Source: a virus
Taxonomy: Duplodnaviria > Caudoviricetes
Length of the DNA stretch: 54,889 nucleotides
IMG/VR virus record: IMGVR_UViG_3300014656_006066
Coordinates: 1-54,889 of that record
Direction: 5' to 3' (one strand)
This document shows positions 1 to 8,027 of the stretch, one piece after another (positions within the stretch are counted from its first letter, which is position 1; the number at the start of each line of letters is the position of its first letter). The translations under genes and the position numbers were made by a program. The notes under the pieces are model-generated. The model saw only the letters and a program-made list of their open reading frames with translations, ran no database searches and was not told where the DNA came from.

Positions 1-255
1 TTACCAATTTAGGTTTTCCGTCTCGTCCGCCTCCATGAGCCCCCTGTATTTATATCCGACGATCATTTCGGCCCATATTTTGAGGCTGTCGCGGGGGCGT
101 GCGCCTTCGAGTTCAAACACTGCCTCTTCGACGCCGGGGGCCCAGGAGGGAATATAATCACTAGGGTTTGGTGTTACCATTCCGGGAGTACGCCCGTCCG
201 CGCACGGGCGCTTGAGCTTTATTGTAATCATTTTAAAAATATCGGCGGCTCGCAT
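1..255 (-). CDS. hypothetical protein
   Basis: 84-aa ORF whose stop is at base 1; no recognisable motif. Confidence 0.45.
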   Translation of the reverse strand: MRAADIFKMITIKLKRPCADGRTPGMVTPNPSDYIPSWAPGVEEAVFELEGARPRDSLKIWAEMIVGYKYRGLMEADETENLNW

Positions 256-267
256 ATACTCATCAAC

Positions 268-525
268 ATGATTATTCGATACAAGCTCCGCGGCGAGGAA
301 CCGACAACCATAGACCTCGCTGGATTTAACGATTTCCGGGTATGGCTACACGACCTCGGGGCAGGGGACGACGTGACCGCGCCGGACATCCTCGCCCGAT
401 GGGCCGTACTCTATCGCGAGCTCGCCGATCCTGATTTTCGGCCCCGTTGCATAGGACTATCGCGGGTCAAATTCGGGGCAGAGATAACACTACTCGGCGG
501 CGAAAAAAACCGAGAAATCGTATAG
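268..525 (+). CDS. hypothetical protein
   Basis: 85-aa ORF, no motif, no clear RBS. Confidence 0.45.
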   Translation: MIIRYKLRGEEPTTIDLAGFNDFRVWLHDLGAGDDVTAPDILARWAVLYRELADPDFRPRCIGLSRVKFGAEITLLGGEKNREIV

Positions 526-532
526 AAATCGC

Positions 533-561
533 TTGCATATACCGCCATATAGCGGTATACT
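533..561 (+). promoter_or_regulatory. sigma70-type promoter with embedded operator ACCGC-CATATA-GCGGT (copy 1)
   Basis: TTGCAT-17nt-TATACT; spacer contains ACCGCCATATAGCGGT, identical to copy 2. Confidence 0.8.
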
Positions 562-640
562 CTCCTTATGGTGATTGAAAGAGATCACCGAATACCTAAG
601 ATCGCCGCCGGGGCACCGGATGAGCGGCAAGGAGAGAACG

Positions 641-1303
641 ATGCGAGAGTCAAGAGAGAACAGGGCGGAGCGTCTAGCAGAGCGGGCGGCGAAGGTCCAG
701 CGTGAGGCCAACGCATCCTTTAATCGCGGTCACGAAATGGCAAGTATTATCCCGCTAGGGCAGCCAATCCTCATCGGGCATTACTCCGAGCGCCGGGACC
801 GCAGCTACAGGGCCAGGATCGACACGCAATATCGCCGCTCCGCCGAGCTATCCAACTATGCCAGCGACCTCGAGCGCCGATCCCGTGCCGCGGCGACGAA
901 TGACACCATATACGCCGATGCGCTGGACCCCGTAGCCGAGATCGACGCAAAGCTCGCCGCCCTCCGGGCCAAGCGCGAGGCTATCAAAGCTCGCCCGCAT
1001 CAATCATACGAGCTATCTAACCTCGGCGCTAATATCCGCCGGTACGAGGCTCGCCGCGAACAACTCGCCGCCCTGAAATCGTCAGCGCGCACCGAACGCC
1101 AGGTCGGCGATATTACCGTGATCGAGGATCCCGAGCTTGCCCGTATCCAGCTTGTTTTCGAGGGCAAGCCCGCGCCCGAGATTCGCGACGTACTCAAACA
1201 GCACGGGTTCAGATGGGCGCCCTCCGTCGGGGCATGGCAACGTCAGCTTAACAACGCCGGGCGGTATGCTGCACGTCAGGTGCTAGAGAAGCTAGCACAG
1301 TAA
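641..1303 (+). CDS. DUF3560-family protein
   Basis: IPLGQPILIGHYSERRDR and C-terminal LKQHGFRWAPSVGAWQR motifs; RBS AAGGAG before ATG 641. Confidence 0.8.
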   Translation: MRESRENRAERLAERAAKVQREANASFNRGHEMASIIPLGQPILIGHYSERRDRSYRARIDTQYRRSAELSNYASDLERRSRAAATNDTIYADALDPVAEIDAKLAALRAKREAIKARPHQSYELSNLGANIRRYEARREQLAALKSSARTERQVGDITVIEDPELARIQLVFEGKPAPEIRDVLKQHGFRWAPSVGAWQRQLNNAGRYAARQVLEKLAQ

Positions 1304-1374
1304 GAATAAGGGGCCTCCGGGCCCCGCATAACCTAAGATCGCCAGCCCCCAGGGCAAGGCGGCAAGGAGAGAAT

Positions 1375-1956
1375 ATGTCGATTATACACGCCGAGGATCA
1401 ATTCAAACGCGCCAACCCCATACAAGAATTTGCGGTAACGGCCGCGTCCGCGATTCTTCAAGAGCTCGATCGCGCTATCGCGCAACGAATCGAGCCGGCG
1501 TCTCCGGCCGCACCGCCCCTCCCGGCCGGGGTAACGAAAACCGGCGCCGCGGGCGCTGCCCAGGCGATCCGGGCCGAGCTTCGGGCGGCCTATCCAGGTA
1601 TCAAATTCAGCGTTACGTCTGAGCGTTTCGCGGGCGGCGATAGTGTCAGTATTCATTGGACCGACGGCCCGTTGACCCGCGAGGTCGAGCAGATTGTCAG
1701 TCGGTACGAAATGGGCCACTTTGACGGCATGACCGATATGTACGAGTATGACAATCGCGACCCGAACTTACCCCAGGCGAAATACGTGTCGGCCGAACGC
1801 TCGCATAGTCCAGAGGCTAAGGCTCGCGCGAGATCCGAGATCGAAGAGCATTACGGGATAGACCTCTCGGACGAGCGAGCTATACGAGATAAATTCAACC
1901 AATGGCCCGATAGCATGATACGCTCACGACTCGAGCAAACGGGCAATTATTTTTAA
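1375..1956 (+). CDS. LPD29 (large polyvalent protein-associated domain 29)-like protein
   Basis: IRAELRAAYPGIKFSVTS...IHWTDGP...FDGMTDMYEY; RBS AAGGAG. Confidence 0.75.
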   Translation: MSIIHAEDQFKRANPIQEFAVTAASAILQELDRAIAQRIEPASPAAPPLPAGVTKTGAAGAAQAIRAELRAAYPGIKFSVTSERFAGGDSVSIHWTDGPLTREVEQIVSRYEMGHFDGMTDMYEYDNRDPNLPQAKYVSAERSHSPEAKARARSEIEEHYGIDLSDERAIRDKFNQWPDSMIRSRLEQTGNYF

Positions 1957-1963
1957 TATTCGC

Positions 1964-1991
1964 TTGACAAACCGCCATATAGCGGTATAAT
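1964..1991 (+). promoter_or_regulatory. consensus sigma70 promoter with the same operator (copy 2)
   Basis: TTGACA-16nt-TATAAT with ACCGCCATATAGCGGT in the spacer. Confidence 0.85.
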
Positions 1992-2067
1992 AGATTGTGG
2001 CGATCGTATGATCGCCAACCACCTAAGCGCGCCAGCCTCCAAGGGGCAAGGCGCCGAGGAGAAGACC

Positions 2068-2442
2068 ATGAAGACCACCCTGAAAATCGAATCGGGCCGC
2101 ATCCGCAAGCAGTACCCCGGGCAGACCAGCGCGCAGCCTGTCGTCGCAGATATCTCCGCCGACGGCGAGGTCTACGTCCATTACAACCCCGAGATCGGCA
2201 ACGCGGTCCCGATGGATATCGGCCACGGGATCCGCCGACGGATCACGCTCCCCGTCACGACTAAGGCCCAGGCCCGCGCATGGTATCAACTCAATAAAAC
2301 TGACCTCGAGGCTCTCGTCGCGGGCATGGGCGAGCGATGGGACGGTAATAATACCGTCGGCACGCTAACCGAGGACGCCCGCGCGGCCCTCGACGCCCTC
2401 GAGTATGACGTCTACGCCAACGCTGACGAGTACAATCGATAA
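2068..2442 (+). CDS. hypothetical early protein
   Basis: ATG 2068 after GAGGAG and the repeated leader element. Confidence 0.7.
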   Translation: MKTTLKIESGRIRKQYPGQTSAQPVVADISADGEVYVHYNPEIGNAVPMDIGHGIRRRITLPVTTKAQARAWYQLNKTDLEALVAGMGERWDGNNTVGTLTEDARAALDALEYDVYANADEYNR

Positions 2443-2449
2443 CCTACCA

Positions 2450-2474
2450 AGCCCCGCTCCGGCGGGGCTCTCTT
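2450..2474 (+). terminator. putative intrinsic terminator/hairpin
   Basis: AGCCCCGC-TCCG-GCGGGGCT followed by CTCTT. Confidence 0.5.
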
Positions 2475-2529
2475 AATGCGGGGAGCCGGTCCCAACCCCG
2501 GCGGCGGATGCAGAGGGGGAGGAGTAACA

Positions 2530-2952
2530 ATGGCCGAAAAGACCAGTATCTATGTCAACGAAACGCTATCTACGCGTATCGCCCCGATTCTCAAGCGCCT
2601 CGCGGCGGCCGAATCTGACAAGCCCCGCGGGATCTCGGCGGCGATTACCCTTGTAGCCGATCGGTACGGCTCGCTCATGGCCCGCGAGCGCCGTGCCCTG
2701 CGCGACCTGTTCAACAAAAGCGAACGGAATCTTATGCTCAGTAACGCGCTATCCACAATATACGAGCCGGCCGATATAATCCCTGGCGCGGTGCTTGCGG
2801 ATACCGAAGACGAAGAAGACCACGTTTTCGAGGTCGACGGCATAGACCGCGCCGCGCTACTCGATAAGCTCCGCGGGCTGAATCTAGGCCAGCAATACGC
2901 GCTCGTTGACTGGCTCGAGGAAATGCGGGCGAACCTTAACCCTGAAAACTAA
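2530..2952 (+). CDS. putative regulator (RHH-like N-terminus) of the early cassette
   Basis: GGAGGAG RBS; N-terminal KTSIYV strand then helices; last gene of the cassette. Confidence 0.5.
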   Translation: MAEKTSIYVNETLSTRIAPILKRLAAAESDKPRGISAAITLVADRYGSLMARERRALRDLFNKSERNLMLSNALSTIYEPADIIPGAVLADTEDEEDHVFEVDGIDRAALLDKLRGLNLGQQYALVDWLEEMRANLNPEN

Positions 2953-3635
2953 TGAACCTCTCCGGCCAGCGCTTCGGCCGCCTCCTTGTCATCGAGAAGA
3001 CGGCCGAGAAATATAAAACTGAATATCTCTACCGATGCCAATGCGATTGCGGCGGCGAAAAGCTCGCCAGCTCATCGCTCCTGAAATCCGGGGTTATTCG
3101 TTCCTGCGGTTGTCTCCAGGCTGAGAGTCGCCTACACGACGTAACCGGCCAGCGGTTTGGGCGCCTCGTCGCCATAGAGGCAACCGGGCGTATCGAGGCG
3201 GGGTCGATGGTCTGGCGCTGGCGGTGCGATTGCGGAAACTTGATCGAGGCGAGGCTCAAGACCGTCAGTAGCCATTGCCGGGTCTCCTGCGGATGCGCCG
3301 CCCGAGAGCAGAAAAAGCGACAGGCGATCGCCGCGCAAGAGGGCTGCGGGCGTATTGACGGGACTAACATATCGAAGCTCCGTGCGATGACACCCGCCAG
3401 CAATAACACGTCGGGCCGGCGCGGCGTGAGCTACCACGCCAGAGTCAGGAAGTGGCAAGCACGGATTATGTTCAAGGGAGTTTCGTATAACCTTGGGTAT
3501 TACGAACAGAAAGAAGATGCGGTCTCCGCTCGGGAGCGTGCCGAATCGATGATGTACGAGCCATTTGTCGAATGGTATGAAGCGGGGCAAGTAGTGCCCG
3601 GCGATGGCCAGTCGCCCCGCACCGCCGGAGTATAA
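2952..3635 (+). CDS. phage AP2-domain protein with two CxCxCG...SCGC repeats
   Basis: Two 'GQRFGRL...W/YRCxCDCG...SCGC' units plus NNTSGRRGVS...KWQARI...LGYY AP2 domain. Confidence 0.8.
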   Translation: MNLSGQRFGRLLVIEKTAEKYKTEYLYRCQCDCGGEKLASSSLLKSGVIRSCGCLQAESRLHDVTGQRFGRLVAIEATGRIEAGSMVWRWRCDCGNLIEARLKTVSSHCRVSCGCAAREQKKRQAIAAQEGCGRIDGTNISKLRAMTPASNNTSGRRGVSYHARVRKWQARIMFKGVSYNLGYYEQKEDAVSARERAESMMYEPFVEWYEAGQVVPGDGQSPRTAGV

Positions 3636-3639
3636 ATCC

Positions 3640-3965
3640 CACATTTACACTTCAATGTGTAAAATCGGCTAAAGTGTAAAAAAATAAATCTAACCACCAT
3701 AACGGATTACACACTTTTACACACATAACGCCGGAAACGACAGGATATAATACATATATACACGACTACGTTTACTACCTTTACTAGGCTTACTACCTAG
3801 CAAAGGGAGTAAACCTAGTAAACCTAGTAAATGAACCTCGCCATGAATACTATCCCGTTTTAAGTGTAAAAGAGTAAAATATAATAATAATAATAATAAT
3901 ATAATATATTATTATATATTATATATATACTTATTTTCTTTACACTTTATTTTACACTTCGATTT
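3640..3965. repeat. AT-rich region with TTTACAC/GTGTAAA and TTACTA/TAGTAAA repeats; candidate replication origin
   Basis: Many short repeats in both orientations around an almost pure A/T tract (~3877-3940) in a GC-rich genome. Confidence 0.6.
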
Positions 3966-4040
3966 TTTCAACTTACCAGACGTTAAGGCGTAAACTGTCA
4001 AATTAAGCCGCTCCGGCCTGAAAAACGCTTGGCTCGACTA

Positions 4041-4074
4041 TACGTTTATCCGTCCGTTCGCTCACAATCTCCGC
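4041..4074 (+). promoter_or_regulatory. late-promoter motif variant TACGTTTATC
   Basis: Motif starts 34 nt before ATG 4075; CACAAT at -12..-7. Confidence 0.6.
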
Positions 4075-4872
4075 ATGGACGACTTCCACGCATCGACTGA
4101 TATGCGAGCCCTTGAAAAAATGTTTCTCATCGCGCCAGCAGAGACTCGCAAGGCTACGGCGAGATTTCTTAATGACGAGGCGTTCGCAGACAAGACGCTA
4201 TCCGAGCGCGTATTGTCCGAGCGGTATATCGTGAGGAATCGTGCATTCGTCCGGGCCATGCTACGCGTAGAAAAAGCCGATCCTGCGAGGCCGCCCTCGA
4301 ACCAGGTCGCCATAGCAGGGTCAATTCGCACGAACAGATTTACCGGATGGGCTGAGGTCATACCAGGCGGACCGGATCCCGAGCGCAACCGGACGCTAGG
4401 CCTCAATGCACGCGGGGGAGACTCTACTAAAAAAGCGCTCCAAGGTAGCCGCCTGCTATCAGGGCTCACATTCGAGAGGCCGTCGAACTACGACGAGATA
4501 CCCGAGCGTATGCGCATACCCGCTATGATATCGATACTAGCCAGGTGCCCCGACTATACGGCAGATGGCAGGGGTATGTTCATCATTCAGGGCGGCAACT
4601 GGGTACACGGGCTCTACAAGTTCAAGAACAAGGGGCAGGTGGCTAAGTGGCGCAAATCTCGCAAGGGTGCCTATACCCTCGTGGACAAGAGGGACACGGC
4701 TACCTACGACAGGCCCGCGGTGCAGCGCGTGCAGACATTCGACAAGGCGCCCAAGGGGCAGCAGTTCAACTGGCCTCAGATCACTATCGATCGTCTCAAG
4801 GTATGGTTCAATCCTCTCGATACATGGGCATCATACTTCGGGGAGATCGTGCGCAAGGCTAATAATAAATAA
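4075..4872 (+). CDS. phage late protein (possibly minor tail/neck gpZ-like)
   Basis: Basic 265-aa ORF just upstream of the cos/terS region; function from position only. Confidence 0.5.
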   Translation: MDDFHASTDMRALEKMFLIAPAETRKATARFLNDEAFADKTLSERVLSERYIVRNRAFVRAMLRVEKADPARPPSNQVAIAGSIRTNRFTGWAEVIPGGPDPERNRTLGLNARGGDSTKKALQGSRLLSGLTFERPSNYDEIPERMRIPAMISILARCPDYTADGRGMFIIQGGNWVHGLYKFKNKGQVAKWRKSRKGAYTLVDKRDTATYDRPAVQRVQTFDKAPKGQQFNWPQITIDRLKVWFNPLDTWASYFGEIVRKANNK

Positions 4873-4882
4873 TTATGTTAAT

Positions 4883-5020
4883 AAAAAGGTACTGTGCGGC
4901 AGGGGGTGGCCGGTGAGGGCGTCATGTCGCGGCGCCCTTTAAACACCAACTGCCAGACTTTTGTAACATTGTAACATTAGGGGCTTGCGTCTCCATAGTT
5001 ACAATGTTACAATGTTACAC
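4883..5020 (+). other. putative cos/packaging initiation region
   Basis: AGGTACT (cosQ-like) 4887-4893; dyad AGGGCG-N11-CGCCCT 4916-4938; TGTAACAT x2 and GTTACA x3 repeats; TTGCGT-17-TACAAT promoter before terS. Confidence 0.5.
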
Positions 5021-5022
5021 GT

Positions 5023-5688
5023 ATGGCAACGATCAATGCGACACAAGCTGAAAAACTCTACGGTACACCACGGATGACGATTCGCCGATGGATAAATTCT
5101 GGCAAGCTCCAGGCCGACAAAGCCGGGTATTTCGAGCCCGCCGACCTCGAGGCATGTCTCGATAAAAAGCGCCCGCACGCGACCAAGGCGGACAAAGCGG
5201 CGGCAACACCCGCGGCCCGTAAGGCCCCGCGGCGGCAGGCCCCGAGCGCTCCGGCGACGGATCCCGATATCATAGACCCGGCGTCCATCGGGGCGCGGGC
5301 GCCGGCAGCGAGTAAACCCGGCGGCACGGTAGGGGCTTCGGCAGGTCGCGAGGCGGCGCGCGCCGGTGCAGATCAAATCGCTATCGGTAAGCAGATCGAT
5401 AACAAGCTCAAGTACACCAAGGGCCAGATCGAAGAGCTGAAGCTCATGATGATGCTTAAGCAAGTGCTGGATTATAACGCGGTCTCGTCCGCGTTTAGCC
5501 TGTTCGCCTCCGCGCTCGAGGAGCAATTCGGGGCATTCGACGAGCGCGAGGGGGCGGCGCTTCATGCCTTGGCCCAGAAGGCGACCGTATCAGAATTCAA
5601 CGCCGAGCTCCGCGACAAGATCGAAAAAGCCCGCAGCTCAATGCTGGCGCTAATCAAAAAAGAGCTGGCGAATCTTAAAAAGGATTGA
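5023..5688 (+). CDS. terS: terminase small subunit (Nu1-like)
   Basis: N-terminal wHTH (ATQAEKLYGTPRMTIRRWINSGKL), C-terminal helical region; upstream of terL. Confidence 0.7.
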   Translation: MATINATQAEKLYGTPRMTIRRWINSGKLQADKAGYFEPADLEACLDKKRPHATKADKAAATPAARKAPRRQAPSAPATDPDIIDPASIGARAPAASKPGGTVGASAGREAARAGADQIAIGKQIDNKLKYTKGQIEELKLMMMLKQVLDYNAVSSAFSLFASALEEQFGAFDEREGAALHALAQKATVSEFNAELRDKIEKARSSMLALIKKELANLKKD

Positions 5689-5720
5689 CGTTTATAGGGC
5701 GCGAGAAGTAAGGAGTATGT
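5687..5720 (+). promoter_or_regulatory. late-promoter motif GACGTTTATA
   Basis: TTGACGTTTATA; motif starts 34 nt before ATG 5721. Confidence 0.7.
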
Positions 5721-6218
5721 ATGCAGGTGCGAGCGTTATCGATTAAGAACCCCGTCTCCTACCTCGTCGCGGCCGGCGTCAAGGACGTCGAGAACCGAAC
5801 GTGGCAGACCGAGTATCGGGGGCGACTATATATCCACTCGTCGGGGGCGAAGGATTTCTTCTTCTTCTCCGAGCGTTGCGCCCGCGACCTCGATAACTTC
5901 GACCGGATCGCCGACCTGCCTGACGATCACTGGTCGTCGATCGCCATGGAGCGATTTTTCAACTGGCAGGCAGCGCGATATGGCCTGCCGAATTTCGACG
6001 ACCGCGAGGCAAACCTCGCCGCGAGCAAGGCGCGCGGACTCCAACTCGTCGCGCGATCGATCATCGGGGCCGTCGATCTCGTAGATATAGTCCAGGACAG
6101 CCCGAGCGAGTGGGCACTCCCTGGTCAATATCACTGGATTCTAAAAAACGCCGAGCTGTTCGACAAGCCCATAGGGGGCGTCGAGGGCCGGCTCAAGATT
6201 TTCCAGGTCGATATCTGA
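5721..6218 (+). CDS. ASCH domain protein
   Basis: LSIKNP...GVKDVENRTW...YRGRLYIHSS (GxKxxExR). Confidence 0.9.
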   Translation: MQVRALSIKNPVSYLVAAGVKDVENRTWQTEYRGRLYIHSSGAKDFFFFSERCARDLDNFDRIADLPDDHWSSIAMERFFNWQAARYGLPNFDDREANLAASKARGLQLVARSIIGAVDLVDIVQDSPSEWALPGQYHWILKNAELFDKPIGGVEGRLKIFQVDI

Positions 6219-6236
6219 CCTGGGGGAGGGTAACGA

Positions 6237-6314
6237 ATGCGTAAACAGTGGCGGGGCGTCGACATAACGCCGAGTGGCCGGGTCTCTCGCGCGAGCGGGA
6301 GCGGCAGGGGCTAG
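6237..6314 (+). CDS. 25-aa Arg/Gly/Ser-rich peptide MRKQWRGVDITPSGRVSRASGSGRG
   Basis: Strong RBS GGGGGAGG; fills the gap exactly and its TAG abuts the next ATG; not in the ORF track. Confidence 0.6.
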   Translation: MRKQWRGVDITPSGRVSRASGSGRG

Positions 6315-6962
6315 ATGCTGGTTCAATCGGCCGAAACGGTCCTAAGGGCGCTCGAAGGGGCGCCCTTTTTGCTCGCCTTTTCTGGCGGCAAGGACTCCGT
6401 AACGATGCTCGACATCGTGGCGCGTGCGCAAATTCCCGGCGCCCGCGTCGTTCACTTCTACCTCGCCCCCGGCATCCCCTCGCGCGAGCGCCTACTCTCG
6501 TATTACGAATCCCGCTATGGCATCAAGATCGATCGCCGCGAGTCCTGGTATGGCGCCACGCTCCGTACCGGCCGGAAGGTGAAACAGGGCGAGACGTTCA
6601 AGGCCCTCCGCGAAGAGTTCGGCGTCAAGTATATCGCCGAGGGCATCAAGCCGACAGACTCGATAATCCGCTGCGCGCTCATCAAGCGGGCGATGGCCGG
6701 AATAAATCACGATATGGGCGCCGTGTACCCGATCTATCGCTGGTACGACTCCGCGGTCATGGCATATATCCGGCAGCATAAACTTCTGTTGCCGCCCGAA
6801 TATCAAGCGAACATGAAACACGACCTCTCGAATGCGACGCTCGAATCGCTCGAGTGGATGAAACATAACTTGCCGGCGGACTATCGCGTGATCCTGGCAA
6901 CGTACCCGAAGCTTGCCGACCGAATGATTCAACGGGAAATGTACGCGGAGGAAGCCCGATGA
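6315..6962 (+). CDS. PAPS-reductase-family PP-loop (adenylating) enzyme
   Basis: AFSGGKDS PP-loop, GIKPTDSIIR, YPIYRWYDSAV; only one Cys, so no Fe-S motif. Confidence 0.85.
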   Translation: MLVQSAETVLRALEGAPFLLAFSGGKDSVTMLDIVARAQIPGARVVHFYLAPGIPSRERLLSYYESRYGIKIDRRESWYGATLRTGRKVKQGETFKALREEFGVKYIAEGIKPTDSIIRCALIKRAMAGINHDMGAVYPIYRWYDSAVMAYIRQHKLLLPPEYQANMKHDLSNATLESLEWMKHNLPADYRVILATYPKLADRMIQREMYAEEAR

Positions 6963-7201
6963 AAGAGAAGCGAGGAATCGTAATACATAAGACAGGAGCG
7001 ATCGGGCCATCGTGCGTTGGCTTGTTCCCAGCGAAGATGGTTTTACCTGATGGTCGAGTAGAACCGCTTATAGTTCGGTGGGACAATCGCGATAGCTTTA
7101 CTTCACCAATGGGGACATTCACTCGCGATCATGAGGGAATATATCGATGGTCATACGATAATCGTGTGACAATGGTGTTACATGAGGTAGCCGTCAACTA
7201 A
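6959..7201 (+). CDS. hypothetical protein (lower GC)
   Basis: ATGA overlap with the upstream gene, GGAGG RBS. Confidence 0.55.
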   Translation: MKEKRGIVIHKTGAIGPSCVGLFPAKMVLPDGRVEPLIVRWDNRDSFTSPMGTFTRDHEGIYRWSYDNRVTMVLHEVAVN

Positions 7202-7247
7202 GCCTAATTTTCCAATCTGACCGTCGTGATGACAGGACAGGGAGACC

Positions 7248-8027
7248 ATGGGAGCCAACAAACTCGAGAAGTTCACCCACGAGCAGGTGAACCGTAAAGA
7301 CATCCACGGCGCCGAGTATAACCCTCGCCGCATAGACTCCGAGACAGAGAAGCGCCTCCGAGCCGACCTCCGCGACGTCGGACTCGTTCAGCCTGTCGTC
7401 GTGAATCGCCAAACCATGAACATCGTTGGCGGGCATCAGCGCGTCAACGCCATGGACGCGATCCTCCGCCGTGACGATTACGACCTAACCGTCGCCATGA
7501 TCGACGTGGACGAACGGGAAGAAGTTAAGATAAATATCCTCCTCAACAATCCCGCAGTGCAAGGCGAATGGGACACGTTCAAGCTCGCGGATCTGAAGCT
7601 CGAGTTTGATTTCAACCCCGACGAATTAGGCTTCAACCTTCAGGACGCCCTCGTTCTTTTCGACCTGAGCGAGTCCGATCCCACGCGCGAGCAGGACGTC
7701 GAGGAGGAGCCGCCCGAGGAATCCGAGGAGCCAGAAGACCCGGACGAGCTCGGCGAGGAACCGAGCGAACAAACGAAACAGAATCGGCTCCACGCCGCGG
7801 CTGCCAGGGCGCAGAACAAGGGGCGGCTCGACGACTACGACGAGAAGGAAAACGACACGCTCCTGACGTTCGTCTTCCCGACAGCCCGAGAAAAACACGA
7901 AATGATGAAGCGCCTCGGAAAGGATATCCGGGAGACGCATCTCCGTTCGTCCGTCCTGTTCGATATCGCAACCGGAAAATATAACTTCACGGACCCGATA
8001 GAGATCATCGAAAATAATGCCCGCTAG
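7248..8027 (+). CDS. ParB/Srx N-terminal domain protein with acidic linker
   Basis: YNPRRID...GLVQPVVVN...IVGGHQR. Confidence 0.85.
   Translation: MGANKLEKFTHEQVNRKDIHGAEYNPRRIDSETEKRLRADLRDVGLVQPVVVNRQTMNIVGGHQRVNAMDAILRRDDYDLTVAMIDVDEREEVKINILLNNPAVQGEWDTFKLADLKLEFDFNPDELGFNLQDALVLFDLSESDPTREQDVEEEPPEESEEPEDPDELGEEPSEQTKQNRLHAAAARAQNKGRLDDYDEKENDTLLTFVFPTAREKHEMMKRLGKDIRETHLRSSVLFDIATGKYNFTDPIEIIENNAR

Noticed and set aside
2952-3635. Active HNH homing endonuclease
   Set aside because: AP2 and Cys repeats are present but no HNH catalytic motif is visible
3877-3930. (TAA)n/(TA)n tract as a CRISPR array or microsatellite locus
   Set aside because: No repeat-spacer periodicity and no cas genes; better explained as an unwinding element
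6315-6962. cysH sulfur-assimilation gene or complete Dnd system
   Set aside because: No catalytic or Fe-S cysteine motifs and no dndA/B/D/E genes
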